The notes below the pieces were generated by a model that saw only the letters and a program-made list of their open reading frames with translations, was not told the DNA's origin and ran no database searches. Position numbers and translations under genes: made by a program. Source: a virus. Taken from it: DNA of 64,000 nt. Below, in pieces: positions 18,873-29,527 of the stretch. Positions within the stretch are counted from its first letter, which is position 1, and each line of letters opens with the position of its first letter. Location: positions 1 through 64,000 of IMG/VR virus record IMGVR_UViG_3300020048_000036; one strand, given 5' to 3'.

Positions 18873-20543
18873 ATGGCAAAAGAAAATTTCAACGGAAAGA
18901 TAATCGGCTCCAACTTCAACGATTCCACTGTTATTGGTGTGATGGGTGGTGAAGAAATCAAGAGCCAGTTCGGGTTTGTAGACTCGGTAATGCTAAAATC
19001 CGCAGACTTTGTGGATGACAGGACATCACTTGGTATGTTGAGTTTGTTTGAGAACGCACGTATCATCAAAACACCTGTGTTTAGTGATGCGCTGAAAAAC
19101 AGCAACAAAATCCTCGTAAAAGGCATGAACGGTAGTTTCGACTACGAGATTGCTATGGACATCGACAAACCAGTTGTAGTTCAGAACGTAGAGGAAGGTG
19201 ATTATTTAGGTATTGATGAATCAGTATTCTGCATAAAGCTTTCACATTGTTACAGCCCAGGTGACGTAATTTCTTATGACCCTATTGATGGTGTGCATGT
19301 AATCGTTATCGAGGATGCAGAGGTAGTTGACGAAGGTGACGGATACGTACACTCTGTTAAAATTGCTGACCGTGACCGTACCTTGTGGTTCCCTAAAGAA
19401 AAATTGGAGCCAGGCACAGAATTTTGCAAAATCAATCACGTTGCTGGTGAGTTTTCAACTCAACTTTCCGCACCTGACCTTTCAGGCTTGAATCAAAGTA
19501 AAGTTAAACTACAATATACCCTTGGAGACTTCCGTGGCGTACAAGTAGGTTGGACTGCTTACTCTGACGTGTTAATGATTGACGGTAAGGCTTCTGAAAA
19601 ACTAACACAACGTATCAACAATACAAAAGAACAATACGGTGGCGCAGACTACTTCTTTATGACAAAGAAGAAAATGGATGGCACATATGACCGTAACTCG
19701 TTCCGTGTACAACCAATAATGGAAGGTTTGGCACTTGCCGAATTGTACAACCTTACAGGTGTAAGCGTAATGTATGGTAAAGGTGCTGTAATCACAGGTA
19801 TAAATGGTCACAAGCGTACTAATGAAGGTCTTTACCACCAGTTACGCAGAGGTCACCGTTTCGTGTATCAAAACATTGTAGAATTACGTCAGTACATACT
19901 TCGTGCAGCCGACACCATCTACCAAGGCACAAACATTCCTATTGAGCACCGTAGCATGACCTTTAAAGCAGGTTATGATGCTTACAATTTGGTTCGTGAA
20001 ATCTTCAAGGATGAGTTTGTAAACAACAACCCAATCCACGTTGACCAAGATGCCTTACCAGTAAAAATCCTTACAGGTACGGACCGTTACAACCTTTCGT
20101 TCAAATCTTTCGCCATTGGTGAAGCATTCCTGAACGGTATCGGTAACGTAAAAATCGTTCACGACCCCTCATTGGATTATGACCAATTTGGTGATTACCT
20201 AGAGCGTGGTTATTCTAACGGACGTTCTAAGCGTAGCTGGACACTAGTAATGTGGGACATTTCTGACCCAATGTACAGCAATGTATTTGACAGTTCGGTT
20301 TTGCCTAAAGGTGTTACAATCGACCCTAAATCAAAAGGCAACCCTAACCTGTACATTGTTAAACCACAGAACGTACCTGATGTATTTTGGGGCAACTCTA
20401 ACGGTTTCAGCTTTGAAGCAGGTCATATGTACAACCGTAGTCAAATGGGTAAAGAGTTCTCTTGCGGTTCTAGCCTTGCAGGTTGGATTCCAGACAAAGG
20501 ACGTGTTGTAATGATAGAGAAACTGAATACCACAGAGTTCTAA
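18873..20543 (+). CDS. Major capsid protein (crAss-like HK97 fold)
   Basis: 556 aa, high-expression codon bias, gene order, GEFSTQ / EGLYHQLRRG / KIVHDPSLD. Confidence 0.88.
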   Translation: MAKENFNGKIIGSNFNDSTVIGVMGGEEIKSQFGFVDSVMLKSADFVDDRTSLGMLSLFENARIIKTPVFSDALKNSNKILVKGMNGSFDYEIAMDIDKPVVVQNVEEGDYLGIDESVFCIKLSHCYSPGDVISYDPIDGVHVIVIEDAEVVDEGDGYVHSVKIADRDRTLWFPKEKLEPGTEFCKINHVAGEFSTQLSAPDLSGLNQSKVKLQYTLGDFRGVQVGWTAYSDVLMIDGKASEKLTQRINNTKEQYGGADYFFMTKKKMDGTYDRNSFRVQPIMEGLALAELYNLTGVSVMYGKGAVITGINGHKRTNEGLYHQLRRGHRFVYQNIVELRQYILRAADTIYQGTNIPIEHRSMTFKAGYDAYNLVREIFKDEFVNNNPIHVDQDALPVKILTGTDRYNLSFKSFAIGEAFLNGIGNVKIVHDPSLDYDQFGDYLERGYSNGRSKRSWTLVMWDISDPMYSNVFDSSVLPKGVTIDPKSKGNPNLYIVKPQNVPDVFWGNSNGFSFEAGHMYNRSQMGKEFSCGSSLAGWIPDKGRVVMIEKLNTTEF

Positions 20544-20564
20544 ACAATAAGCATAGACAAGTAT

Positions 20565-20588
20565 GGGGAGGGTAGCAATACCTTCCCC
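20565..20588 (+). terminator. Stable GNRA hairpin after MCP (no U-tract; stabiliser or partial terminator)
   Basis: GGGGAGGGTA-GCAA-TACCTTCCCC. Confidence 0.7.
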
Positions 20589-20619
20589 AATATTACGAAG
20601 TAAAAAACCAAACCAACCA

Positions 20620-21546
20620 ATGACATCATTAGCACCCCCACCAGTATTCACGATTCAGAAAAATAAAATCTATCAAATACGTGAAAAATTGGATAATAGC
20701 ACACCAAACGGCTTAAAGGAAATCCGTAGGTCTAAAATGGTAGCCAATACCATTGAACCCGCACGTTGTCTTTATATAGGTGACCCCGCAACAGGTCATT
20801 ATGATACTGGACTTGATAAAACATCAAGGGATTTCCGTGGGATGGAGGAAGCTGCAATCAAAAAAATACTTGCCGAAAGGAAAGACCTAAAAGAGTTCTA
20901 TGACAATAGGCTTGCTTCCTATCTAAAAAGGAACCCAACCCTAACCGAATCAGACTTTCTTGCCTCTGAACAAGGTGGTGTAGACCTTCACCACGGTCAG
21001 ATTATAGACACATCTAACTTAGATAGTTATTTGAAACTATACCTTGCTTATAGGGGTGGACAAATTACCCCCGCAACAGATAAGTCAAACCCAAAATACA
21101 ACTCTTCTGTGTATGTTATCGCTCCTTTGGATAACCAAGACGATAATTCAATGAACACTTTTGACAAAGAAGCAAAAGTAATCACTTGGTACACAAATAA
21201 GAAAGACGGAAACCTAGAAGAAGTTATCAAGACACTTCAATACGCTGGTGCAATTAACTACACCCGTACCGCTACCGCAGCCGTTGTAGCACAAACAATA
21301 AAGAACTGGATTCGGGACATAGGTAACCTAGATAACCTAATCAACATCATTGATAACGTTCCGCTTGAGGAAATCTATATCAAGACAAAGATTAATCAAC
21401 TGATTACTAAGAGGGTTATCACCAAAGAAGGTACTGAATACTACTACAAAAACGTACTTTTGGGAAAAACGGTATCACAGATTTACCAATTCCTGATGGA
21501 CGTGAAGAACGATAGTGTTCTTGACCAAATCTCAAATGAAAAATAA
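20620..21546 (+). CDS. Conserved crAss-like virion-module protein (start revised to ATG 20620)
   Basis: track start lies in the hairpin; AAACCAAACCAACCA leader precedes ATG 20620. Confidence 0.8.
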   Translation: MTSLAPPPVFTIQKNKIYQIREKLDNSTPNGLKEIRRSKMVANTIEPARCLYIGDPATGHYDTGLDKTSRDFRGMEEAAIKKILAERKDLKEFYDNRLASYLKRNPTLTESDFLASEQGGVDLHHGQIIDTSNLDSYLKLYLAYRGGQITPATDKSNPKYNSSVYVIAPLDNQDDNSMNTFDKEAKVITWYTNKKDGNLEEVIKTLQYAGAINYTRTATAAVVAQTIKNWIRDIGNLDNLINIIDNVPLEEIYIKTKINQLITKRVITKEGTEYYYKNVLLGKTVSQIYQFLMDVKNDSVLDQISNEK

Positions 21547-21550
21547 CTAG

Positions 21551-22219
21551 ATGAACATTGAAGCTGCTTACCAAAGTTTTTTGCTGAAAGTCAACCAAAA
21601 CTACAAATCCAGCAACGTAGCAGCATCAAAAGATAGGTTCGTTATCCTATACAACGAGGAACAAGTAAGGAGAATAGAATACATACTTGGTAAAAAAAGT
21701 GATGATTCTATAAGAGAGATACAAAACTTCCTCACTACAACTAAGATAACAACAATAGGAACTACGTTAGGTAACAAAGTAACAGTACCATTACCACAAG
21801 ACTACCTTGACCTTTCAAGCGCATACTGCACGGTAAAGAGCAAAGATTGCAAGGGAATAAGGTTAAGCCTATTTGAAATCAAGGACTTTGACACAGAGCA
21901 AATTCTGCTTGACGTAAACAGTTCACCTTCTTTAGCATACAGGGAAGCACCCTACTATATAGGTGGGGATTCATTACAAGTTTTTACAGATAATTTTACA
22001 CTTGAAAGCGCAACCTTAACCTATTATAGGTATCCTACACAAGTAGATATTTCGGGTTACATTCATTTAGACAATACCGCATCATCAAGCATAGACCCAG
22101 AGGGGGATGATTCATTTGTAAACAAGGTAATTTCAATGTGCGCTGAATCATTTTTCCGCAACTACGGTGACCCCCAACAACTTCAAATCAATAAAGACAG
22201 AATAATTAATAATCATTAA
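21551..22219 (+). CDS. Head-tail adaptor / tail ring protein
   Basis: LPQDYL...YYRYP pattern; crAss gene order. Confidence 0.7.
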   Translation: MNIEAAYQSFLLKVNQNYKSSNVAASKDRFVILYNEEQVRRIEYILGKKSDDSIREIQNFLTTTKITTIGTTLGNKVTVPLPQDYLDLSSAYCTVKSKDCKGIRLSLFEIKDFDTEQILLDVNSSPSLAYREAPYYIGGDSLQVFTDNFTLESATLTYYRYPTQVDISGYIHLDNTASSSIDPEGDDSFVNKVISMCAESFFRNYGDPQQLQINKDRIINNH

Positions 22220-22257
22220 TACTAATCTTACAAAATAAACAAAATTAAACAATTACC

Positions 22258-24789
22258 ATGACAGTTAGAAGTCACAATTCTCCTTATTCGCACGTAATCG
22301 TGCTCTCACCAACCGCCCCAAAAACTTCTGGTGGCTCCCTTGAGTTGGTTGATGGTCAAATCGCATTGACCCAAGAAAGGTCTGGCACTCCCACAGGCCA
22401 AAAAGTAGTACCTAGTCTTGCTGGTGCATCCGCCAAAGACGAGTTCAAAATCCAAGTAGGTACTGGGCGAAAAAGCACATCTGGTAACGTTAGCAACAAA
22501 AATATTGCTACAGTACCATTTACCAAGGACGAAATCCTTGACGTAACCTATTCTGGTGCCAAAGCCCCCGTACTTGCCTCTGTAACATTAGGATACAACG
22601 GTGTCGCTGGTACTGGTTTTAAACTTAAAGAAAAACAAGCTACTTCGGTATCTTTGTGGTTGTCTGGTGCTCCTTTGCAGTATCTAGGCTACAACGATGG
22701 TGAAGCCCACTTGATGTTCAGTATTTACGCTGGTAACCCAGACGAATGTACTAACTGTGCAGAGCCTTGTGCAAGTGTGTCTTGTAAGGACATTACCACT
22801 AATTTGGTAGAGCGTATCCGTACACACCAACTTCGTGCTGGTGGTGTAGGTGAGTCTGTAACCGTTGGTGACTTGATTGATGTAATTCCTACCTTCTCTT
22901 GCGTACCTACATCTACCCCTACTGGAACCGCTACTTACTACACATTGACTATCAATGACGGTGGTACACAGGAAGATTTGGCTGTTGTGGCTCAAAGTTA
23001 TCCTAATGATGTGGTAAACCGTATTTCTTACACAGGTATCACTTCTGTATATCAGATTTTGACAACTGGTGGAGCACCTGCTGCATTTAGCCCATTGACC
23101 TCAAACGCATTGTTGTTTGATTGTGAGTGCCCTACAAACTACACCGAAGCTGCTGGTGGATTTATCTACACTATTACAGCCTATGATACTGGTGCTGATA
23201 TTTCTACTACCTTACTGGATACCGTAGTAGGTGTTTCTGACCAAGAGGGTGCTATTTCAACCACTACATTCGCAACTTCCGCTGCTGGTTTGACCCCAGG
23301 AACTAACACTGGTGAAACTGGAACCGCAAGTGGTGCTGGTACTGGTGCTACCTTTACCGTAACTGTAGGTGGTGGTGGAACCGTAACAGGCGTAACCCTT
23401 ACCGCAGAAGGTTCAGGATATGTTGTAGGTGAGACCATTACTATTGCTGGTACAGCTTTGACAGGTGGTTCTAGCCCCGCAGATGACGTAGTTGTTACTG
23501 TAACGGCTTTGGAAGTTGAAGCTACAAGCATTGTAAAAACTGGTAACAACGGAAGTATTGGTAACTATGTGGTTTCATTTGAATCACAATTGTCTGATGC
23601 TGTTATAGCAAATATTGAAGCTGTAAATGATACTTACACAGTGTACTTTGAAGGTGAGGCAGATACACTTTGTATCCCTGATGCTCAACCCGCAGATACT
23701 TCATGGGTTGCAGGTGAGTCTTGTACCGTAAGTACCCAACAATACTACATTGACTTGAAGGATACCGAATGTGGTGACTCTCGTTTGGCGGAACTACAAG
23801 ATGCTTACCCTAACTTGACTATTACAGAAGATACAACTACAACCCATACCAATTGTCGTAGGCGTTATCTGACCACTGTAACATCTGATGTGGTTTGCGA
23901 AGGTTGCGAGACCCCAGAATACATTTTTGAAGCCCCTGCTGATTATTCTTTTGAGGTTTGGAAAGCAGTTGCTATTGAGGACGGTGGTTTAACTTCATTC
24001 ACAGTATTACCAGATACAACCTTTGACATAGCTAATAACGCTTCAATCGCTGTTGCTACTGGTTCAATCACTACAAACGGTACTGGTACTGGTGCATCGT
24101 TCACTGTTAACGCAAATGCTGACGGTACTTTTAAATCTGTAACTTTAACCAATTCTGGTGAGGGTTATGAAGTAGGTGATACAATCACAATTCCTGGAAC
24201 TGCCCTTAGTGGAAACGGTGACGATGATATTGTCCTTACAGTAACAGGTGTTAGTGGTCAATACCCTACCGATTGCGAATGTGGTATCACTTTCAAAGCC
24301 AAACTGGTTGATTTGTGTCCTCCCGCAACACTTACAAACAACGGTGCAGGTTATGCTTCCATCAAACCCGTAACCCCTCAAGGAGTTAAGATAATGGTTT
24401 CTGGTGGGGAAGCCCCTGAAAACCTATTGTTTGGTTACAAATATGTAACAATGCCTTTCAAAGTAACCTATGATGCTCGTCATTTCGAGGGTACTGGTTG
24501 GGGTATACAGTTCATGCGCCAAGAGAAAGAGCAATACGAGCGTTTCTTAGGTACTAGCCACGCACGTAACTATGCGGAAGGTTGGTTCCAAGGACACGAG
24601 ACCAAGTTGGAACCTTGCAGCCAATATGACGTGGTGACCGTGAAAATCAAGCGTAAGAACTACGCTGGAACACAAAGCCGTCAGGTAGAGGAACACATTC
24701 GTTACTTGTTCGTGTTCGATAGTGGTCGCCTTTGCGAATACGAGGCATTGTTCAATTCCCTTGGTGGAGCGTTTACTTGCCCCGCATAA
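22258..24789 (+). CDS. Auxiliary capsid-like structural protein with two inserted beta modules
   Basis: 843 aa, high-expression codons, Cys-rich, position after ring gene. Confidence 0.65.
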   Translation: MTVRSHNSPYSHVIVLSPTAPKTSGGSLELVDGQIALTQERSGTPTGQKVVPSLAGASAKDEFKIQVGTGRKSTSGNVSNKNIATVPFTKDEILDVTYSGAKAPVLASVTLGYNGVAGTGFKLKEKQATSVSLWLSGAPLQYLGYNDGEAHLMFSIYAGNPDECTNCAEPCASVSCKDITTNLVERIRTHQLRAGGVGESVTVGDLIDVIPTFSCVPTSTPTGTATYYTLTINDGGTQEDLAVVAQSYPNDVVNRISYTGITSVYQILTTGGAPAAFSPLTSNALLFDCECPTNYTEAAGGFIYTITAYDTGADISTTLLDTVVGVSDQEGAISTTTFATSAAGLTPGTNTGETGTASGAGTGATFTVTVGGGGTVTGVTLTAEGSGYVVGETITIAGTALTGGSSPADDVVVTVTALEVEATSIVKTGNNGSIGNYVVSFESQLSDAVIANIEAVNDTYTVYFEGEADTLCIPDAQPADTSWVAGESCTVSTQQYYIDLKDTECGDSRLAELQDAYPNLTITEDTTTTHTNCRRRYLTTVTSDVVCEGCETPEYIFEAPADYSFEVWKAVAIEDGGLTSFTVLPDTTFDIANNASIAVATGSITTNGTGTGASFTVNANADGTFKSVTLTNSGEGYEVGDTITIPGTALSGNGDDDIVLTVTGVSGQYPTDCECGITFKAKLVDLCPPATLTNNGAGYASIKPVTPQGVKIMVSGGEAPENLLFGYKYVTMPFKVTYDARHFEGTGWGIQFMRQEKEQYERFLGTSHARNYAEGWFQGHETKLEPCSQYDVVTVKIKRKNYAGTQSRQVEEHIRYLFVFDSGRLCEYEALFNSLGGAFTCPA

Positions 24790-24811
24790 GGATTAAATAG
24801 AAACGGTTAAG

Positions 24812-24835
24812 AGGGGTGGGGTAAAACCTGCCCCT
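24812..24835 (+). terminator. Hairpin after the auxiliary capsid gene
   Basis: AGGGGTGGG-GTAAAA-CCTGCCCCT. Confidence 0.55.
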
Positions 24836-24870
24836 TAAAACTATCCCAAAACACAAAGAAGAAACACACA

Positions 24871-25407
24871 ATGGACGTATCATTACCACAAAAATATCTG
24901 GTTAAAAATAACTGCAACATACCTGTTGGTCATTTTTACCTATCTTGTCATTTTGTTCAGAAACAGACCTTTGACGAGTTTGAAACGGGTTTGGCTGAAA
25001 GTTTTACATCAAGTACTATTTCCACAGATAATATAACGGAAGAGACTAGTGGTGCAGGTGTTACCGTGGATGGTGTATTAATTAAAGATGGTTCGGTTGA
25101 GGTTACAAAAGGGAATGTAACACAACTTACCTCAATTACTACTGGTGTAACAAGTACTGCTTCCTCAGGGACTATCACTACAGTTAGTTCTACTATTGCT
25201 GCTGGCGCATCCGCTAGTTTTATAGTCACCACACCTTTCGCAAAAACTACATCTAAGATATTCCTTAATGCTAATTCAGCAGGTGACGGTATCCCATATG
25301 CAGTAGTTTCCGCAAAAACCAATGGAACATTCACGGTCAAATTATTCAACGTAGATGGTACAGATGCTTTAAACGCTGTAGTAACAGTGGATTTCTTGAT
25401 TGTATAA
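24871..25407 (+). CDS. Fibre-like virion protein (head fibre candidate)
   Basis: DNITEETSGAGVTVDGVLIKDG, beta-rich C-terminus. Confidence 0.65.
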   Translation: MDVSLPQKYLVKNNCNIPVGHFYLSCHFVQKQTFDEFETGLAESFTSSTISTDNITEETSGAGVTVDGVLIKDGSVEVTKGNVTQLTSITTGVTSTASSGTITTVSSTIAAGASASFIVTTPFAKTTSKIFLNANSAGDGIPYAVVSAKTNGTFTVKLFNVDGTDALNAVVTVDFLIV

Positions 25408-25419
25408 TACAACAAACTA

Positions 25420-25905
25420 ATGCACAAATTTTTAGATATTGCTCTGCCCTTAGAGTACTTCCAAAAATTAAACTGCCCTACCCCGTTAGGATACATCAAG
25501 TTATCCAAACACTTTTATTCCAAATGGCACCCCGTATTTATCTTCCAAGACCCACAATACAACGGTTCTTGGGTATATTATAAGGGGATAGGCAACAACG
25601 GACTTCCAAATAAATGTGAGGTACTTGAAAAAAACGATTATCGTGAAGGGGTTGATGCAACAGGAAACTATGGGGTACAACAGTACAATGGTACTGGTTG
25701 GGAAGCAAGGGAAGCTTGGATAAGCGGAACATATTGTAAAGCGTTTCCGTCAAACGGGGTTACTTTGACTGGGGCAACATCTATAGGTTTACGTGTAGAA
25801 TGCACAAATCCTGATGGCTCAAAAACAGCATACACAAAAATGGCTGATGGGCCAAACACAGATTTTGCAAACAGCCCTGATTTTATAGTAACAAGTCAAT
25901 ACTAA
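25420..25905 (+). CDS. Hypothetical protein
   Basis: 161-aa ORF. Confidence 0.65.
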   Translation: MHKFLDIALPLEYFQKLNCPTPLGYIKLSKHFYSKWHPVFIFQDPQYNGSWVYYKGIGNNGLPNKCEVLEKNDYREGVDATGNYGVQQYNGTGWEAREAWISGTYCKAFPSNGVTLTGATSIGLRVECTNPDGSKTAYTKMADGPNTDFANSPDFIVTSQY

Positions 25906-25912
25906 AGATAAC

Positions 25913-27835
25913 ATGAAAATATTTTATACAACACTTTTAACGTTACTTACATTAACTTCCTTTGCACAATACGCACCAGTAGTAATAGATGGTGATACTA
26001 TTTGGAGCCACGGAAGGACTGCACAAATAAGGAACAATACGGGTGTAGGTTACTTTATTACCAACTGGGCTACGGGTGACAGCAGCAAAGCAGCTTTGTG
26101 TTTTGTAGTAGATACCGATACGGCTTGTTTTGTGTTGTCTTCTGATAGTTTTTATTTGTATAGTACCTCTACAAACAAGATTAGCGGTACTGGCGGTGGA
26201 GGTGGAGGCAATATTAGCACCATTAATGTTACCTACGCAGAAGCACAAGCCTTAGTAGCCGCTGGTACTGTATTAGAAAACAGGTGGTACAACATTACTA
26301 CGGACAGTATCTACCTTATGGGCGTAACAGATAGCTCTTTTTCGCTTAACGGCTACTATGCCGATAGCGTAATTTGGGAGGTTGATGCCATAGAATTTGA
26401 TTTTGAAAACAGGCACATACAGCTTAGGGTTGATAGCAGAGGCAACAGGGTAGGGGCTAGCTTTTTGGCTGTTATTATTGGTTCAACATTAGACCCCATT
26501 CCGCTTTTTTGGTGGGGCAATGATTTGGTGGCAAACAACACCGTAAGTGATGCGTATATGCTTTTTGACTTTGGCAATGATAGTATTGCAATGGTTGGCA
26601 ATACTGTATCAAACGCTAGTTTTCTTGATATAAGCCAACGTGGTGCTAGAGATGTGCTATTTGTAAGTGTAAGAGATTTTAGTGATGTTATACTACACGA
26701 CCAAACTTCTTGTAAATCGTGTACAATAATTGAAAGTGACTTTACCGCTACTGGCAATGCCAGTTGTTTGAATTGTGATATAACAAACTCAGCCGTTACT
26801 ATATCGGATAGCGTGGTTTTGGATAATAGTGTGGTAAGGTCTAGTATCGTAACGGCTACCGATAATGTAACTATGTCAGATGCCAACATTTGGGCAAACT
26901 CTGACATAACAGTCAGTGGCGATGTACAAGCTAATGCTATATTGTTGTATGAAGGCAATGAGGTTGAGCTGTCAGACAGTGTTAATGCAATTGGCGTAAG
27001 AATGTATAGCGCAGCAAAACTCTTTGCTTCTGACTATGCAATGGTTGAAGGGTTGATAATCCAAAATGTGTCAGTTGTAACAGCAAGCGGTACATCTTGG
27101 GCATCGCCTGGTTTTATTTGCAACGAATCAACGGTAACTTTTCTGGATTCTGCCGACATGGGCGATATTTGGGTAGCATCTTCTAATATCGTATTTACAG
27201 ATAGTGCTGATTGCTTTGATTGCAAATTTCTTACCGTAAACGATACGATTGGCGGCAGTTTAGCTAGCACAAATTATACCTTAGCCAACAGAAGCGAGTT
27301 TATACAGAAGTTGCAAACCAATGTGTTTACCTACACCAATGGCACACAAGGTGCTGGTAAGATACTGGCCAGCGATGCCAATGGTAGTGCCACATGGAAA
27401 GACCACACGGCATATGGTGAGATGGGTTTTGGCGATAGCACCCGTACAATAGCACTAACCCAAAACGTGTTTAGCGTTGTAACCAATTCTAACAACACGT
27501 TATGGAGCACAGCAGCAGTTGACCTGCACAACGTAACATATTCAGGCGATAGCCTTATAATTGACAGTGCAGGCACATACCAAGTAAATGTTCAACTAAG
27601 CATTGACGGCACAAGTGGCAGCGTTATACGCTTGGGCGTGTTTATTAACGGTGTGCTCGCTTGCTCATGCACAGGCTATCAAGAGTTATTAAACAACCGT
27701 ATCATTCAACTTAACTACATAAACATAGATGCGTTGAACGCTGGAGATGTATTGCAGGTAGTGATAACCAACACGGCCAATAATGACGATGTTGATGCAG
27801 TAGGGGGTAAGATAACAATTAACAAGATACGGTAA
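25913..27835 (+). CDS. Beta-helix fibre/spike-like protein with N-terminal signal peptide and C1q/TNF-like C-terminus
   Basis: MKIFYTTLLTLLTLTSFAQ; short beta-helix repeats; GAGKILASDANGSATW linker; AGTYQVNVQLSI...LNAGDVLQV. Confidence 0.7.
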   Translation: MKIFYTTLLTLLTLTSFAQYAPVVIDGDTIWSHGRTAQIRNNTGVGYFITNWATGDSSKAALCFVVDTDTACFVLSSDSFYLYSTSTNKISGTGGGGGGNISTINVTYAEAQALVAAGTVLENRWYNITTDSIYLMGVTDSSFSLNGYYADSVIWEVDAIEFDFENRHIQLRVDSRGNRVGASFLAVIIGSTLDPIPLFWWGNDLVANNTVSDAYMLFDFGNDSIAMVGNTVSNASFLDISQRGARDVLFVSVRDFSDVILHDQTSCKSCTIIESDFTATGNASCLNCDITNSAVTISDSVVLDNSVVRSSIVTATDNVTMSDANIWANSDITVSGDVQANAILLYEGNEVELSDSVNAIGVRMYSAAKLFASDYAMVEGLIIQNVSVVTASGTSWASPGFICNESTVTFLDSADMGDIWVASSNIVFTDSADCFDCKFLTVNDTIGGSLASTNYTLANRSEFIQKLQTNVFTYTNGTQGAGKILASDANGSATWKDHTAYGEMGFGDSTRTIALTQNVFSVVTNSNNTLWSTAAVDLHNVTYSGDSLIIDSAGTYQVNVQLSIDGTSGSVIRLGVFINGVLACSCTGYQELLNNRIIQLNYINIDALNAGDVLQVVITNTANNDDVDAVGGKITINKIR

Positions 27836-27878
27836 AACCTATAATTAAAACCCCTCCATAGGGAGAGACAAAGACAAA

Positions 27879-28088
27879 ATGAAATACCTATTAATAATAC
27901 TTTTATTAATTAGTACGAATTGTATAGCAAAGCCTAATATAAAAATGATTTATGGTTTAACTGGATTTGGAGTAAGTCTAGTTGGAGCTACCATAACACC
28001 ACATAATAAACCCATAGGATTAACTACTTTTGCATCAGGATTTCCATTTGTAGGAGTAGCAATAATACTTGACAATAAAAATAAATAA
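27879..28088 (+). CDS. Small membrane protein with signal-peptide-like start
   Basis: MKYLLIILLLISTNCIA plus two hydrophobic segments. Confidence 0.65.
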   Translation: MKYLLIILLLISTNCIAKPNIKMIYGLTGFGVSLVGATITPHNKPIGLTTFASGFPFVGVAIILDNKNK

Positions 28089-29360
28089 GTGAAAACAGAA
28101 GGTAGTTATTTTCCAAGGTTAGGCCAAAAAAGGATTTCAGTAGTTTGCTGTAATCCACAATCTTCTGGCGAAACTACAACTGTTACCGCAACAAATAGTG
28201 ATTCAGATATAGTAGGGAGTATTACTGTTCCTTGTGGAACCCCCGCAAGCATAAATATTGCGGATACAGCGATTAACCAATCAGACGGGACACCTATAAC
28301 AACAACACCATCTACAATACCATACAATGTAGCTGATAGTGTAATAACAGTAGAATACAATGACGGAACACCGATAAGCACAACAAACGTAAAAGCAACA
28401 GACCCCGCAACAATAGTAGTACCTGACCCACTTGTTTGCGATACGTTAGACGAATTAGTGGACAGCAGCACCAACCAACAGGTAAGGGATGCGATTGTTT
28501 TAGCTGGCAAAGAATGTTCACAGCTACGTTTCGGCTTGGACAGTTTCGGAAATACATCGGATGTGAACAATTACGTTTTTGCGGTAATGGAGGGTTTCGG
28601 AACGGTAAGCGCATCAAGCAGGGGTTGCAGTATTGACGGAAATGTTCTATACGCTACGGACGGCAGCAACGTGAGGTTGTTTAACGCCACCACCAACGCA
28701 CCCATAGCGGTTGTGGGCGGCTTTTCCAGTGCCTGTAAAGTGGTTTGTACGGCAACATATTGGATAGTTACCAATTTTGGCACTAACCAAGTGTACGTAA
28801 TGAACAAAAGCGATAACTCGCTGCACTCCACAATCAACACCACCGCCACACCGTATGCTATTGCTTTAGACCCTACCAATACGATTATTTACGTATCCTC
28901 GTTCAGCAGCGGTGCTGGGGTGTTTAAGTACAACCTAGCCACGGGCGCACAAATAGGTTTAGCTATAACTGGTTTTGACACACAGGTACTGGATATTGTA
29001 ACGGTAGGTACTGAGTGGTGGGTATTGACATCCACTGGCACGGCTTTGGCAAGTACCCAACGCATAAGGAAAATGAGCTTTGCCACCGATACAGAGGTCA
29101 GCAACCACCCGTTAGGCACGGTAGCCACGATTGGTGCGGTTAGGGCTTTGGCTTTGATAGGTACTAGGGTATTCGTTACCGCCGCCTTTACCAACATGGT
29201 AGGCATATACGAATACACCTCTGCTATTGTTTTAGTAAGGAACAAAAACTTACCATTCAACCGTGACAACCATTTCGGACTGACTCACAACCCTAACAAC
29301 TGCAACAGCCTAACGGCTACCTTTGGAACGGCACAATTAATCTCTAAACTTGCGGTATGA
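28089..29360 (+). CDS. Virion-associated protein: Thr-rich stalk plus YVTN/YncE-like beta-propeller
   Basis: repeated DGTPI; LYATDGSNVRLF, IVTNFGTNQVYVM, PYAIALDP, IYVSSF blades. Confidence 0.7.
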   Translation: MKTEGSYFPRLGQKRISVVCCNPQSSGETTTVTATNSDSDIVGSITVPCGTPASINIADTAINQSDGTPITTTPSTIPYNVADSVITVEYNDGTPISTTNVKATDPATIVVPDPLVCDTLDELVDSSTNQQVRDAIVLAGKECSQLRFGLDSFGNTSDVNNYVFAVMEGFGTVSASSRGCSIDGNVLYATDGSNVRLFNATTNAPIAVVGGFSSACKVVCTATYWIVTNFGTNQVYVMNKSDNSLHSTINTTATPYAIALDPTNTIIYVSSFSSGAGVFKYNLATGAQIGLAITGFDTQVLDIVTVGTEWWVLTSTGTALASTQRIRKMSFATDTEVSNHPLGTVATIGAVRALALIGTRVFVTAAFTNMVGIYEYTSAIVLVRNKNLPFNRDNHFGLTHNPNNCNSLTATFGTAQLISKLAV

Positions 29361-29527
29361 GCCATTGGATAAAAACAGAGGGTGAAATAATAAAGGTGGT
29401 TTACTTTACGGAGCACCCCGACACGGTAAAAGTTGAACTGCCTGAGGGGTTTTTGGAAAGCGATTTCGCAAACGAATACAGATTTATTAACGGGCAAATA
29501 GTAGAGCATGGACACATTGACAGTTGA
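29357..29527 (+). CDS. 56-aa ORF MSHWIKTEGEII...HGHIDS, possible fibre chaperone (not in track)
   Basis: ATGA overlap with upstream stop; open frame read directly. Confidence 0.6.
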   Translation: MSHWIKTEGEIIKVVYFTEHPDTVKVELPEGFLESDFANEYRFINGQIVEHGHIDS

